From an uncultured Candidatus Saccharibacteria bacterium (GTDB taxonomy: Bacteria > Patescibacteriota > Minisyncoccia > Phycocordibacterales > WO2-35-19): a DNA stretch of 64,000 nt. This document shows positions 1-10,081 of the stretch, piece after piece. The notes under the pieces are model-generated. The model was not told the origin of the DNA, did no database searches, and saw only the letters and a program-made list of their open reading frames with translations. The position numbers were made by a program, and so were the translations under genes. The DNA lies in assembly GCA_964630525.1 (NCBI GenBank), contig CAZVUY010000005.1, positions 1,379-65,378 on the forward strand, written 5' to 3'. Within the stretch, counting starts at the first letter, position 1. Each line of letters opens with the position of its first letter.

Positions 1-465
1 AATAATATAAAAACATTTGATCAAGCAATCCCTTCAGCAGTTAATGATATTAAAAAAGCTTTCGGATTGATTGGAAATATTGTGAGCGTCACTGCACTTA
101 TGGTTGGTATTGTAACTGTTTTTGTTATCATTTTTGTAAATGCATCAAGTCGTAGGCGATATATTGGTATTTTAAAAGCACAAGGAATTTCTGCTCCAAC
201 TCTTATTTTGTCTTATATTTTTCAAATTATCTTTTATGTATTGGTTGGCGTGATTCTTGGAGCGCTTACTCTTTTTATTTTTTTGCAGCCATATTTTGCA
301 AAATATCCTCTCTCTTTACCAATGGCAGACGGTCAATTATTACTTACGACATCCTATGTTTCAATACGTGTTGTTATTTTATTTATATCTTCAATTATTT
401 CAGCATTTATTCCGGCGTGGTTTATTATTAGACAGAATACACTCGATGCTATTTTAGGAAGGTAA
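1..465 (+). CDS. ABC transporter permease, FtsX/MacB-like, C-terminal part (5' end outside window)
   Basis: Open frame runs to the window edge. The product is hydrophobic and multi-TM, and sits immediately upstream of an ABC ATPase gene. Confidence 0.55.
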   Translation, partial: NNIKTFDQAIPSAVNDIKKAFGLIGNIVSVTALMVGIVTVFVIIFVNASSRRRYIGILKAQGISAPTLILSYIFQIIFYVLVGVILGALTLFIFLQPYFAKYPLSLPMADGQLLLTTSYVSIRVVILFISSIISAFIPAWFIIRQNTLDAILGR

Positions 466-476
466 CTAATAATATT

Positions 477-1151
477 ATGATTGAAATTAAAAAAATAGTA
501 AAAAATTTTATAAATGGAGATGTTGTCACAAATGTTTTAAAAGGAGTTAGCTTTACAGTTCCTAAAGGACAGTTTGTTTCCATAATGGGACCATCTGGCG
601 CTGGTAAATCTACACTATTATATCAAATAAGTCTGTTAGATAAGCCGACAAGTGGATCGATTATCATTGATGGAGTTGAGACCTCCAAATTTGAGGAATC
701 TGAAGCAACAAAATTCCGTTTGAAAAATTTTGGTTTTGTTTTTCAGGATTCTGCATTAATTCCTGAATTTACAGCATTAGAAAATACATTATTACCCAGT
801 CTGATGCTTGGAGATGATTACACGGAAGCAAAGAAGTTTGCCATAAAAATATTTTCATCCCTTGGTATGATTAATCAAATAGATCATTTACCAAGTCAAC
901 TTTCTGGCGGAGAACAACAGCGCGTAAGTGTAATTCGAGCAATAGTAAGAAAACCCAAAATTCTTTTTGCGGATGAACCAACAGCGAGCCTAGACACTGA
1001 GAGGTCCCATGACCTAATGTCAGTTCTCCTTCGACTACATCAAGAAGGGCAAACAATTATTATGGTTACGCATGAAGAGGAATTTGCAAGAATGGCACAG
1101 AGGTTGATTTTTGTACGCGACGGGCAGATTGTTGAAGATACAATTTTGTAA
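477..1151 (+). CDS. ABC transporter ATP-binding protein (LolD/MacB-type)
   Basis: Walker A GPSGAGKST, ABC signature LSGGEQQRV and Walker B LFADEPT are all visible in the translation. Confidence 0.9.
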   Translation: MIEIKKIVKNFINGDVVTNVLKGVSFTVPKGQFVSIMGPSGAGKSTLLYQISLLDKPTSGSIIIDGVETSKFEESEATKFRLKNFGFVFQDSALIPEFTALENTLLPSLMLGDDYTEAKKFAIKIFSSLGMINQIDHLPSQLSGGEQQRVSVIRAIVRKPKILFADEPTASLDTERSHDLMSVLLRLHQEGQTIIMVTHEEEFARMAQRLIFVRDGQIVEDTIL

Positions 1152-1408
1152 ATGAATTTTTAAGTAGTTTTATTTTGCCCGCCCGAATTTCGCCAAAACA
1201 AAAAGAGGAGCAAGCGGAGGATTCCTCCCCAGACCCCTCCTCCTCCGCTTGCGACATCCGAATTCAGAAAAAAGGAATCAGCCGAAGTTTTGCGGAATCC
1301 TTTCCCCAGAAAATTGTTTCCGCAAAACTTCGTCCGCATTGTTTCAGATTTCTTCATCAGGATTGCTTTCAAAAAAGGTTCGAATTTTGTACAATGAATA
1401 CCGCAGAC

Positions 1409-1480
1409 GCTCCCGTCGTTCAATGGATAGGACATGACTTTGCGGAAGTTAAAATGTAGGTTCGATTCCTACCGGGAGCA
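1409..1480 (+). tRNA. tRNA, apparent anticodon GCG (Arg); isotype uncertain
   Basis: Cloverleaf by hand: acceptor GCTCCCG/CGGGAGC, D-arm GTTC..GGAC, anticodon stem TGACT/AGTTA with loop TTGCGGA, T-arm GTAGG TTCGATT CCTAC, discriminator A. Total 72 nt. Confidence 0.55.
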
Positions 1481-1643
1481 CATGAGAGAAAAATACAAAC
1501 TTCTTTGTATTTTTCGATACATGTGCTAGTCGGAGTTATGTTTTGTTAGCAAACAAAACAAGCGAGGCGGGGTCGCGGAAATTTTGTTTTGACAAAAACA
1601 AAATTATCTGTGACCACAGGACACAAAATATTCCTGACCACTT

Positions 1644-2114
1644 TTACCACTTAGCGAGAAGTTGGTCGAACCATTTGTGAAGGATCGACTCTTGCATAAA
1701 TTCTTCTTCTAAAAATTGAGTGAGGATTTCTTGCACCTCATTGAGATCTAGATCTTCGGCTACTGGGATGCTGGCCATGGTGGCAAGGTTGCTCACCGGA
1801 TGCATCAAAATGCGTGCCCCGTGGATGTGGTCATCTTCAATCCAAAAAGAACGATAGTCAGTCCAAAGGTGGAGTCGGTTGCCGAAGACAACTCCCTTGG
1901 TGGTGAGCTTGATATCCACCACCTTGGTCTCGCGGTAAGAGAGGGTGCCGACGGTAAGTCCGGCGATGAGAATGAAAATACCGAAAAGCATATTGTCGAA
2001 ATAGAAAGCAAGTACCGCCGCTCCTAGGCAAATAATGCCAAGGATCCAATACCAATCAGTACTTTTACGATCAAAGCGGTGTTCGGGCGAACGCCATTCG
2101 AGAATGGTTTGCAT
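1644..2114 (-). CDS. hypothetical membrane protein
   Basis: 156-aa ORF with two predicted TM helices; no recognisable motif. Confidence 0.45.
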   Translation of the reverse strand: MQTILEWRSPEHRFDRKSTDWYWILGIICLGAAVLAFYFDNMLFGIFILIAGLTVGTLSYRETKVVDIKLTTKGVVFGNRLHLWTDYRSFWIEDDHIHGARILMHPVSNLATMASIPVAEDLDLNEVQEILTQFLEEEFMQESILHKWFDQLLAKW

Positions 2115-2290
2115 AAACTAAATTTTATCATACTTGTGAGACTGCAAAAGAGTTGGTGTGTGTAACTGAACTTGCACAAAATAGTTCTTGAGCGTGCCTT
2201 GCGAGGCTCGACTGGAGCGAGCACGAGGAATTTTTCAGCAGAAAAATATCCGTGCAAAGTGAAAGAAGCTATTTTGTGCAAGTCATGATT

Positions 2291-2635
2291 TTAATTAATT
2301 TTTGTTCCAGGAGGAATGTCGGGTGAAATTTTTAGCAGGGAGAATTTTCCTTCTTCAGTCGAGGCGGCCATGATCATGGCTTGGCTCTCGAGACCCATGA
2401 TGGCGCGCGGCTCTAGATTGGTCACAAAAGCACAAGTAATACCCACCAGCTCTTCCGGGGTTATAAACTTGCTGATGCCCGAAATCACTTGCTTTGTCCC
2501 GCCGTAGCCTCCGGCGGAGGCGGATCCAAAATCGACACTCAACTTGAGCAATTTTTCCGACCCCTCAACTTTCTCGGCAGTGAGTACCTTCCCAGCACGG
2601 ATCTCCACTTTCTTAAATTCATCGATTGATATCAT
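2291..2635 (-). CDS. tRNA-binding domain protein (CsaA/EMAP-like OB fold)
   Basis: Translation resembles the C-terminal tRNA-binding domain of MetG/CsaA (VGKVLTAEKVEGSEKLLKLSVDFG...). Confidence 0.65.
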   Translation of the reverse strand: MISIDEFKKVEIRAGKVLTAEKVEGSEKLLKLSVDFGSASAGGYGGTKQVISGISKFITPEELVGITCAFVTNLEPRAIMGLESQAMIMAASTEEGKFSLLKISPDIPPGTKIN

Positions 2636-2689
2636 ATGTTTTATGAGGATTCTAGCATATTTTAAATAACAAAATAGTTCTTGAGCGAT

Positions 2690-2989
2690 TTAAGATCTGA
2701 ATTTAAATTTGATATCCACCAGGTCGCCGGCCAAGATCTCTGCTTGTTTGCGAACTTTAGCTTTCAAAGCAATCAAATAGGCATTTTCTTTGGTGTGGGG
2801 GAAGAGGGCAGTGTCCCAACTGGTTTTGCCCACTGTCGCCCTGATGGCGATAAATCCCGAGCCATATTTATATTTTGCTCCTGCTTTTTTCAATTCTTCT
2901 GTGAGCTTTTTGTCTACATAAACAAAATGCCAGCCTCCCACTCCCGGCCACACCCACACCTTTCCGCTAGTTTTATATATTTTGGCCAT
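2690..2989 (-). CDS. DUF1905 family protein
   Basis: The C-terminal 99 aa of the 245-aa track ORF (from MAKIYKTSGKVWVWPG...) matches the DUF1905 pattern. The upstream part of that ORF is antisense to a tRNA (GEIRTHG), so the true start is taken as the ATG at 2989. Confidence 0.5.
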   Translation of the reverse strand: MAKIYKTSGKVWVWPGVGGWHFVYVDKKLTEELKKAGAKYKYGSGFIAIRATVGKTSWDTALFPHTKENAYLIALKAKVRKQAEILAGDLVDIKFKFRS

Positions 2990-3062
2990 AGGAACGATTA
3001 TACTAACAATTTTAAAATTATTCCCATACTTAGCTTTTTTTGCTACTATATCTCGGTACTCT

Positions 3063-3149
3063 GGAGGAGTGCCTGAGTGGTTTAAAGGAACAGTCTTGAA
3101 AACTGTCGTATCCGAAAGGGTACCGTGAGTTCGAATCTCACCTCCTCCG
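3063..3149 (+). tRNA. tRNA-Ser(TGA), type II with long variable arm
   Basis: Acceptor GGAGGAG/CTCCTCC, anticodon stem ACAGT/ACTGT with loop CTTGAAA, long variable arm, T-arm GTGAG TTCGAAT CTCAC. Confidence 0.8.
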
Positions 3150-3190
3150 CCCACACTTTGCCTAGGAGAAATCCTGGGCTGGTTGGGTAT

Positions 3191-5899
3191 ATGAAAAAAG
3201 ATACCAAAAATAGAGAGGGTGAGGAGAAATTGATCGTCAAAGGGGCGAGGACTCACAATCTCAAAAATATTACGGTTGAAATGCCACGCAACAAGATGGT
3301 GGTTTTTACCGGTCTGTCGGGCTCGGGCAAATCGTCGCTTGCTTTTGACACTATCTTTGCCGAAGGTCAGCGACGTTATGTCGAGTCGCTTTCTTCTTAT
3401 GCCCGGCAGTTTTTGCGCCAAATGCAAAAGCCTGATGTCGATGAAATCATCGGTCTTTCACCAGCGATCTCGATCGACCAGAAGTCTCGTTCCAACAATC
3501 CACGCTCGACGGTGGCGACTATCACTGAAATCTATGACTATCTGCGAGTCTTGTATGCGAGGATCGGCCGACCGCATTGTTTGGTCTGTGGCGATGAGAT
3601 CAAGAAGCTCTCGACCGACGAGATCAAAAATTTTATTTTGGAAAAGGTTAGAACATTCAAAAGCCTACCCTCAACCCTCTCCCAAAGGGAAGGGGTCGAA
3701 AAGAGAAAAGTTCGCAGTTCAAAAAATCAGGGGGATGGGTTGAGTTTGCCTAAATACCTCGAACTCTGGGCGCCAGTGGTGCGTGGTCGCAAAGGGGAGT
3801 ACTACCAGCTCTTATACGATATGTTGGGCAAGGGTTATACCGAAGTTATCATTGACGGTAAACGCCAGAGTTTGCGCGAACGAGTCGAACTTTCCAAAAA
3901 CAAACGCCATGATATTTCTGTGTTGGTCGACTCGATCAATGTCGATGACTTCGTGACCGAAAAAAAGAATACTGAAGAGAGGCTCGGTGAATCTTTGGAG
4001 CTCTCGTTGACCGAGGCCGATGGTTTGGTAGAGATCTCTTTTCGCGACCTAGATTTGGAAAACAAAGACCCAGAAGCGGCCCAAAAAATGGTGACCGAAA
4101 ATCGGACCACCATGTCTTCAAAATTTTCTTGTCCGAAAGATGGTTATTCTTATCCAGAAATCGAGCCTCGACTTTTCTCCTTCAACTCGCCTTACGGCGC
4201 CTGCCCAGAGTGCAATGGACTTGGGACCAAACACCTCTTTGGTGATGAGCCGTGCCCCGTCTGCCTCGGAGCGCGCTTGCGACCAGAGGCCTTGCACGTC
4301 TTGCTTGGTAGCGCGAGTGGCGGCGGCAAAGGTATCAACGTGGTTGATTTTGTAAATATGTCGATCGAGAAGGCCTATGAATTTTTAGCTGGGATCAAAC
4401 TAACCGAACGTGAAAAAAATATTTCCAAAGTAGTGCTGCGAGAGATCGAGTCTCGGCTCAAGTTTATGCTCAATGTGGGTATCGAATACCTCTCGCTCAA
4501 CCGTCGAGCCCATACCCTTTCTGGTGGTGAAGCGCAGCGTATCCGACTTGCTAGTCAGCTTGGTTCGGGCTTGGTTGGCGCGCTGTATGTTCTCGATGAG
4601 CCTACCATCGGCTTGCATAGTCGAGACAACGATCGGCTGATAAAAACTTTGATTGATCTTCGAGACATGGGCAACACCATTTTGGTGGTCGAGCATGACG
4701 AAGATACTATTTTTGCTTCTGATTATATTGTCGATATTGGCCCGGGCGCCGGGATTCATGGGGGCAATGTGGTGGTCTCCGGCTATTTGGATGAACTCAT
4801 CACCAAGAAAAACAATGATTCTGGTTCGCGCACCCTAGCTTACCTACGTGGTGAAGATGTGGTCGAAGTGCCGGAAGAAAGGCGCAATCAAGACAAAGGT
4901 CAGATCAAGATCAGGGGCGGACATGCTTTCAATATCAAAAATATGGACGTCGATGTGCCGCTGGGCCGCTTCGTTTGTGTGACCGGAGTGTCTGGTTCAG
5001 GCAAATCATCTTTTGTTTACGAAATTTTGTACAAAAATCTGCAAGCTCGCTTTGAGCGCAAATATCGTACAGCCGAGCTTTTCAATTGCAACTCTTTTAG
5101 TGGGACCGAATATTTGGGCCGCTCGATCTTGATCGACCAATCTCCGATCGGTCGGACTCCACGCTCTAATCCAGCCACTTACACTGGCGCTTGGGGCTTT
5201 ATCCGAGAACTTTTTGCTGAGACGGCAGAAGCGAGGGTGCGAGGTTGGGGGCCGGGCCGCTTCTCTTTCAATCGGCCAGGTGGCAGGTGCGAGACTTGTG
5301 AAGGTAATGGAGAGATCGCTGTTGAAATGCACTTCTTGCCGACAGTATATGTGCCCTGCGATGTTTGCGGCGGCAAGCGGTTTATGAAAGAAACTTTGGA
5401 AGTAAAGTACAAGAAAAAGAATATTTACGAGGTTTTGAAAATGACCGTCGAAGAGGGTTTGAAATTTTTTGAAGACATCCCGGCTATCTACGACCGACTA
5501 AAAACGATGGATGATGTGGGCCTCGGGTATTTGGAGCTTGGCCAGTCAGCCACCACTCTCTCAGGCGGGGAAGCTCAAAGGGTTAAAATTTCGAGCGAGC
5601 TTTATCGACCACACATCCAAAAAACAATTTATATTTTCGACGAACCAACGATCGGTCTACATTATGACGATGTCAAAAAATTTATCGAAATTTTGCAGAA
5701 GTTGGTAGATAAGGGCAACACGGTTTTGGTGATCGAACACAATATGGATGTGATCAAGAGCGCTGACTACATCATCGACATTGGTCCAGAAGGGGGAATT
5801 GGGGGCGGGAAGGTGGTGGCGAAGGGGACGCCCGAACAAGTGGCCAACAATAAAAACTCTCATACGGGTAAGTATTTGAAGAAGAGTTTGAAGATATAA
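3191..5899 (+). CDS. uvrA: excinuclease ABC subunit A
   Basis: Two ABC ATPase modules (GLSGSGKSS and GVSGSGKSS Walker A, two LSGGE signatures) plus zinc-finger cysteine clusters. Start moved to ATG 3191 (MKKDTK) because the track ORF start overlaps the tRNA. Confidence 0.9.
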   Translation: MKKDTKNREGEEKLIVKGARTHNLKNITVEMPRNKMVVFTGLSGSGKSSLAFDTIFAEGQRRYVESLSSYARQFLRQMQKPDVDEIIGLSPAISIDQKSRSNNPRSTVATITEIYDYLRVLYARIGRPHCLVCGDEIKKLSTDEIKNFILEKVRTFKSLPSTLSQREGVEKRKVRSSKNQGDGLSLPKYLELWAPVVRGRKGEYYQLLYDMLGKGYTEVIIDGKRQSLRERVELSKNKRHDISVLVDSINVDDFVTEKKNTEERLGESLELSLTEADGLVEISFRDLDLENKDPEAAQKMVTENRTTMSSKFSCPKDGYSYPEIEPRLFSFNSPYGACPECNGLGTKHLFGDEPCPVCLGARLRPEALHVLLGSASGGGKGINVVDFVNMSIEKAYEFLAGIKLTEREKNISKVVLREIESRLKFMLNVGIEYLSLNRRAHTLSGGEAQRIRLASQLGSGLVGALYVLDEPTIGLHSRDNDRLIKTLIDLRDMGNTILVVEHDEDTIFASDYIVDIGPGAGIHGGNVVVSGYLDELITKKNNDSGSRTLAYLRGEDVVEVPEERRNQDKGQIKIRGGHAFNIKNMDVDVPLGRFVCVTGVSGSGKSSFVYEILYKNLQARFERKYRTAELFNCNSFSGTEYLGRSILIDQSPIGRTPRSNPATYTGAWGFIRELFAETAEARVRGWGPGRFSFNRPGGRCETCEGNGEIAVEMHFLPTVYVPCDVCGGKRFMKETLEVKYKKKNIYEVLKMTVEEGLKFFEDIPAIYDRLKTMDDVGLGYLELGQSATTLSGGEAQRVKISSELYRPHIQKTIYIFDEPTIGLHYDDVKKFIEILQKLVDKGNTVLVIEHNMDVIKSADYIIDIGPEGGIGGGKVVAKGTPEQVANNKNSHTGKYLKKSLKI

Positions 5900-6187
5900 A
5901 AATAAAAGCCGCAGGTGGATGAAGTCTGCGGCACGAGGTTTGTCCTTGTTTTTTTATATCATCCAACCCCCACGGTTTCAAAAAAGGGGGTTTTTGCCGA
6001 GTAATAGCTCGGACAGGACTCCTCTGGCTCTCCTTTTTAATCACCTTTCGGTACTAGCTGTGGCGAGAGTTTTGGCTCCGGAAGCAACCACTTGCTAGAT
6101 TCTTTCTTAATTGTATCATACTCATAAATTATGTCAAGTGTTTTTGCATTTTGTTTTGAATGATGGTAAAATATGGCTTAAAATAAG

Positions 6188-6988
6188 ATGATTTTCAATT
6201 TGTATAAAAATCGAGGAGAGACACCGCTTCAGGTCATTGAAAGATTTAAGGAAGCAAAGATTGAAAGATTTGGCGACTATGCGGACCAAAAAATGACTTA
6301 CCTCGGTCGGCTTGATCCACTAGCGGAAGGGGTGCTTTTGGTAGCGAGTGGGGACGATATAAAAAGAAAGGAAGAATTTCTGAATCTGGATAAAGAATAC
6401 GAATTCACTGCTCTCTTTGGTTTTGCTACTGATACTTATGATGTGATGGGTAAAATCATAACCCCCCTAGCCCTCCTTACCTTAAGGGGGGAACCAGAAA
6501 AAACCCAGACTCAATTTGAAATGGATTTGATAAAGCTCTGCAAAATCTATGAAGGCAAGCGGGAGCAAAAATATCCACCTTATTCTTCCAAAAATATTGC
6601 CAAAAATAGAGACGAAAAAGGGGATATTGTGCACGACTCGCTCGCTGATGAATCAGAGGTTAAAAGTATTGAAATTTATGAGTTGAATTTCTTGAAACTC
6701 AGTACGCTTTCAGCTAAAGAACTTTTTGGTCGACTACTCATGGATATTTCGAGAGTCAGGGGCGATTTCCGCCAAGCCGAAATTTTGGAAGATTGGAAAG
6801 AGATTTTGGTGTCAAAGGGCACCTTTGACATTTTCCTGGGGTATTTCTCCGCCTATGTTTCCTCAGGCACCTACATCCGTAGTTTGGTTAACGATATGGG
6901 TCAAACCCTTGGAATCCCGGTGACCACACTTTCAATCAAGCGTACCCGCGTCGGAGATTACAAAATCGAAGATTCTTTAAGATTTTAA
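6188..6988 (+). CDS. truB: tRNA pseudouridine(55) synthase
   Basis: GRLDPLAEGVLLVASG motif with the catalytic Asp context; product length typical of TruB. Confidence 0.7.
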   Translation: MIFNLYKNRGETPLQVIERFKEAKIERFGDYADQKMTYLGRLDPLAEGVLLVASGDDIKRKEEFLNLDKEYEFTALFGFATDTYDVMGKIITPLALLTLRGEPEKTQTQFEMDLIKLCKIYEGKREQKYPPYSSKNIAKNRDEKGDIVHDSLADESEVKSIEIYELNFLKLSTLSAKELFGRLLMDISRVRGDFRQAEILEDWKEILVSKGTFDIFLGYFSAYVSSGTYIRSLVNDMGQTLGIPVTTLSIKRTRVGDYKIEDSLRF

Positions 6989-7005
6989 AAGAAAAAGCGG
7001 AGGTC

Positions 7006-7734
7006 CTAAAGGACTATTCCGCTTTTGAAAAGTTTATCGAGCTCAGCTTTAGGATTGTCGATACAACTGATAATCCATTCGGCCATGTCTTTGATCTGGA
7101 CGGTCTTCTGCCAGTCTTCTTCACTCAAATGAACCAATCTTGGATTTGCTCTATTTTTGGCCGTGTCGACGAGTTGGGAAATCGCTCGAGCCACCACTAC
7201 CTTAGAGTCAGGACCATTTTCAGCGCGCAGGTTTTCAATAAAAGATTTCACCGCTGCTTTGGCTGGTGCGTAGGTCAGATTACCCGGTAAATTTCCTTCT
7301 GCCGCATGCGAAGAAATATCTACCATCAATCCGCCACCGTTTTCTTTGAAATATTTGTTGAAGACGAACATGGGTGCCACTGAAGGTCTAACGAAGGCCG
7401 CAAAATCTTTATCGAGTTGGTCAATAAATTTTTCCGGTTCCTCTGATACATCGATTTGGACCCATTGGCCGACACTCGTGATCAAAGCGTCAAACTTACC
7501 AAAAGCCGCAAGCCCATGATCAAACACCACCTCCATGTCGTCAATCAAATCTTCAGAGCCAATTTCGAGTGTCCTCATTCGGGGTTTGAGGGAGTCAAGT
7601 TCCATAAGTTTGCTGGTGTTGCGACCCACCGCCACGATATTGGCTCCCATTGAGTGGAGATACCGGGCTAAGTTGCCACCAATGTCGCCAGTCGCTCCAA
7701 TTATCACAAATGTTTTTCCTGAAAGGTCTATCAT
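7006..7734 (-). CDS. SDR-family NAD(P)-dependent oxidoreductase
   Basis: Rossmann motif IIGATGDIG. Start placed at MIDLSGK, overlapping the upstream stop by ATGA. Confidence 0.7.
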   Translation of the reverse strand: MIDLSGKTFVIIGATGDIGGNLARYLHSMGANIVAVGRNTSKLMELDSLKPRMRTLEIGSEDLIDDMEVVFDHGLAAFGKFDALITSVGQWVQIDVSEEPEKFIDQLDKDFAAFVRPSVAPMFVFNKYFKENGGGLMVDISSHAAEGNLPGNLTYAPAKAAVKSFIENLRAENGPDSKVVVARAISQLVDTAKNRANPRLVHLSEEDWQKTVQIKDMAEWIISCIDNPKAELDKLFKSGIVL

Positions 7735-8177
7735 GATAAAAGTTCCTCTACTACCTTTTTTACCACAGCGCCGTCGGCTTGACCAGCACACTCTTTTAAT
7801 ACTGCCCCGATAACTATCCCAATTTTTTCTTTAGTGCCGCCCATTGCTTCTATTTTTGATTGGGCGATTTCTCTTATTTTTTCTTCAGACATTTGGGCGG
7901 GCAAAAATTCTTCCAAAATTTTGAGCTCAGCTTTTTCGTTGTCAGCCAATTCTTGTCGACCCGCTTTTTCAAATTGTTCGATTGAATCTTTTCTTTGTTT
8001 AACCAAACGTTTGATCACGGCCAGAGCCTCATTGTCGGTCAATTTATCTTGCGGAGTTCTTTTGAGAGCCACGGACTCGTTGGTAAAGGCGGCCAAGACA
8101 CCTCTAAGGGTGGTGAGTCGCAACTGGTCTTTGGCGCGCATCGCGTCTTTGATTTGGTTTTGTATATTTTCGTGCAT
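7731..8177 (-). CDS. GatB/YqeY domain protein
   Basis: YqeY-like helical protein (IKDAMRAKDQLRLTTLRGVLAAF...). Start chosen at ATG 8177 with an upstream GGTGAGG. Confidence 0.65.
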   Translation of the reverse strand: MHENIQNQIKDAMRAKDQLRLTTLRGVLAAFTNESVALKRTPQDKLTDNEALAVIKRLVKQRKDSIEQFEKAGRQELADNEKAELKILEEFLPAQMSEEKIREIAQSKIEAMGGTKEKIGIVIGAVLKECAGQADGAVVKKVVEELLS

Positions 8178-8234
8178 GCAAACATTATACCTCACCCCTA
8201 GCCCCTCTCCTAGATTCAGGAGAGGGGAAAAGTA

Positions 8235-9278
8235 ATGTATAATTTAATTATGCAAAATTTGTTAATAATAATATTAGCAGCTGGGCTTCTGGTAGCCATA
8301 TTTGCTCTTTTCAGGAAAAAAGAAACAAAACAAGACGATACCGGGCTTCGGCTTCTTTTGGAGCAGATGAACAATCTTTCGCGTACGGTAGATGAAAAAT
8401 TGGGCGAGTCTTCAAAGGTGGTCCATGAGTCACTGCACCGTCAGTTTGGCGAGTCTCAACGGCTTATCAAAGACATCACCGAAGAATTGGCTCATGTGAA
8501 GGATACCGGTAGGAGAGTTGAAGGATTTGCCGAGCAACTCCAAAGTCTGCAGGATATTTTGAGAAACCCAAAACAGAGAGGTATTTTGGGCGAATATTAT
8601 TTGGAGACTTTGCTTAAAAATGTTTTGCCGACGGGGAGCTACCAAACACAATACCCGTTTAAAGACGGCACTATCGTGGACGCAGTGGTTTTTGTAAAAG
8701 ACAAAATAATTCCCATTGATTCCAAATTTTCACTCGAAAATTACAATCGGCTGGCAGAAGAGAAGGATCCAGTCGAAAAGAGCAGGTTGCAGAAAGTTTT
8801 TGAAGGAGATTTGAAGAATAGAATAGTAGAAACTTCAAAGTATATCCAGCCACAACAAAACACAATGGATTTTGCCTTCATGTTTATTCCACATGAAGCA
8901 ATTTATTATGACCTCATCCTTGGTAGAGTGGGGGTTTCTGAAGAAAACCTTATCCAGCGAGCCGCTGCTAAGTATAAAGTTATAGTTGTTTCTCCGACCA
9001 GTTTTTTGGCTTATCTTCAAACTGTCCTTCAGGGATTAAATGCAATGAAAATAGAAGAAAAAGCAAAAGATATAATTGTAAACGTGATTAAACTCGGAGA
9101 GCATTTAAAAAGATACGATGAATATCATTCTAAGTTGGGGACATCGCTTTCTACCGTTGTTAACCACTATACAAATTCAAGTAAGGAGCTTAACAAAATA
9201 GATAAAGATATAGTAAAGCTAACTGGAGAAAAAATTGACTTCCAATTGCCGTCGATTGATCGTCCGGATATTGATTAA
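8235..9278 (+). CDS. rmuC: DNA recombination protein RmuC
   Basis: N-terminal TM segment, coiled coil and a C-terminal RmuC nuclease-like domain (FMFIPHEAIYYDLI). Confidence 0.7.
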   Translation: MYNLIMQNLLIIILAAGLLVAIFALFRKKETKQDDTGLRLLLEQMNNLSRTVDEKLGESSKVVHESLHRQFGESQRLIKDITEELAHVKDTGRRVEGFAEQLQSLQDILRNPKQRGILGEYYLETLLKNVLPTGSYQTQYPFKDGTIVDAVVFVKDKIIPIDSKFSLENYNRLAEEKDPVEKSRLQKVFEGDLKNRIVETSKYIQPQQNTMDFAFMFIPHEAIYYDLILGRVGVSEENLIQRAAAKYKVIVVSPTSFLAYLQTVLQGLNAMKIEEKAKDIIVNVIKLGEHLKRYDEYHSKLGTSLSTVVNHYTNSSKELNKIDKDIVKLTGEKIDFQLPSIDRPDID

Positions 9279-9285
9279 CAAAAAA

Positions 9286-9804
9286 CCACCTATTTGGAAG
9301 GTGGTTACTATCAAACCCTTTGCTGTTCTCCTCCAGACATCTGGTACCCCACCACCCTAACCTTCGGAAGGTGGTTACTATCCACCCACAAATATCAGGA
9401 AAGAAATCAGACGTACCCCACCACCCTATCTTTTGGAAGGTGGTTACTATCGAAGCAGAAAGAATACGATCGGCTTCGCCTTGGTACCCCACCACCCTAT
9501 CTTTTGGAAGGTGGTTACTATCGAACCGATGGCGAGGTTTTGGGGGTCAATCGGGTACCCCACCACCCTATCTTTTGGAAGGTGGTTACTATCTGGGCAG
9601 ATTTGGAAACGTTATGCTCATAAGTACCCCACCACCCTATCTTTTGGAAGGTGGTTACTATCTGGTACGAAAGCCATTACACGCTAAACCTCGGGTACCC
9701 CACCACCCTATCTTTTGGAAGGTGGTTACTATCTGTCGCCCATGCGACGTGCTTTCTGGTTATTTGTACCCCACCACCCTATCTTTTGGAAGGTGGTTAC
9801 TATC
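9286..9804. CRISPR. CRISPR array 1: 7 full 39-bp repeats plus a 5'-truncated degenerate repeat at the left end; 7 spacers of 30-32 bp
   Basis: Repeat GTACCCCACCACCCTATCTTTTGGAAGGTGGTTACTATC at 9344, 9413, 9484, 9555, 9624, 9695 and 9766. Truncated copy at about 9286-9312. The repeat at 9344 has a loop variant (CTAACCTTCGG). Transcribed strand not resolved. Confidence 0.95.
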
Positions 9805-10030
9805 CAGTTTTTGGTGGTTTTCTCGTCCAAAGGACGAGCATCATCCTAGGGCCGTACTGGAACGTCCCTAAGCGGCCGGGTACATGGCATGGGCCCTCCC
9901 TAAAGAAGGGCTTGCTGTTTATTTGAGAAATATACCTGATTCCGCCATAGAGACGGGATATTTTTCTCAAATCTGGCGGATGGCAAAGTGCTGTCCTACC
10001 TAAACTATATATTCTAAAGGACTGTTTTGT
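9805..10030. ncRNA. conserved array-flanking structured element, copy 1 (candidate tracrRNA/scoutRNA-like RNA or structured leader)
   Basis: About 130 bp is near-identical to 12680-12810. It is followed by a TTTGAGAAA...TTTCTCAAA stem that encloses a different but hairpin-forming insert in each copy. Compensatory changes maintain the GCCCT/AGGGC versus GCTCT/AGAGC stem. Confidence 0.5.
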
Positions 10031-10034
10031 CAAA

Positions 10035-10065
10035 TTGACTATATAGATGTTGTATGTTATACAAT
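10035..10065 (+). promoter_or_regulatory. putative sigma70-like promoter for the RuvC-effector gene
   Basis: TTGACT at 10035-10040, a 17-19 nt spacer, then TATACAAT at about 10058-10065. Followed by GGAGAG at 10070-10075 and a TTG start at 10082. Confidence 0.4.
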
Positions 10066-10081
10066 GTCAGGAGAGTGAACA

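Noticed and set aside
2990-3427. N-terminal 146 aa of the 245-aa minus-strand ORF
   Set aside because: It runs antisense across tRNA-Ser (the GGGGEIRTHG translation is typical of a tRNA T-arm) and into the uvrA upstream region. Only the C-terminal DUF1905 part is kept.
3276-3743. 155-aa alternative-frame ORF inside uvrA, and the many 60-160 aa ORFs inside nrdJ, gyrB, thrS, tkt and other genes
   Set aside because: They are fully contained in, or antisense to, well-supported genes, with no independent motif support.
9294-9926. Plus-strand ORFs of 84-183 aa (9294-9623, 9320-9871, 9433-9687, 9651-9926) and similar ORFs at 12216-12802, plus minus-strand ORFs 9190-9495 and 12497-12706
   Set aside because: They are translations of the CRISPR repeats (repeated PHHPIFWKVVTI and YPTTLSFGRWLLS peptides), so they are repeat-frame artefacts.
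9800-10033. Minus-strand ORFs of 77 aa and 68 aa (12676-12882) sharing a ...PCHVPGRLGTFQYGPRMMLVLWTRKPPKTG C-terminus
   Set aside because: Their similarity simply reflects the conserved flank DNA. Their stop codons lie inside the terminal CRISPR repeat. The inter-copy substitutions are compensatory for RNA pairing but non-synonymous for these frames. No RBS is present. They are treated as RNA rather than protein.
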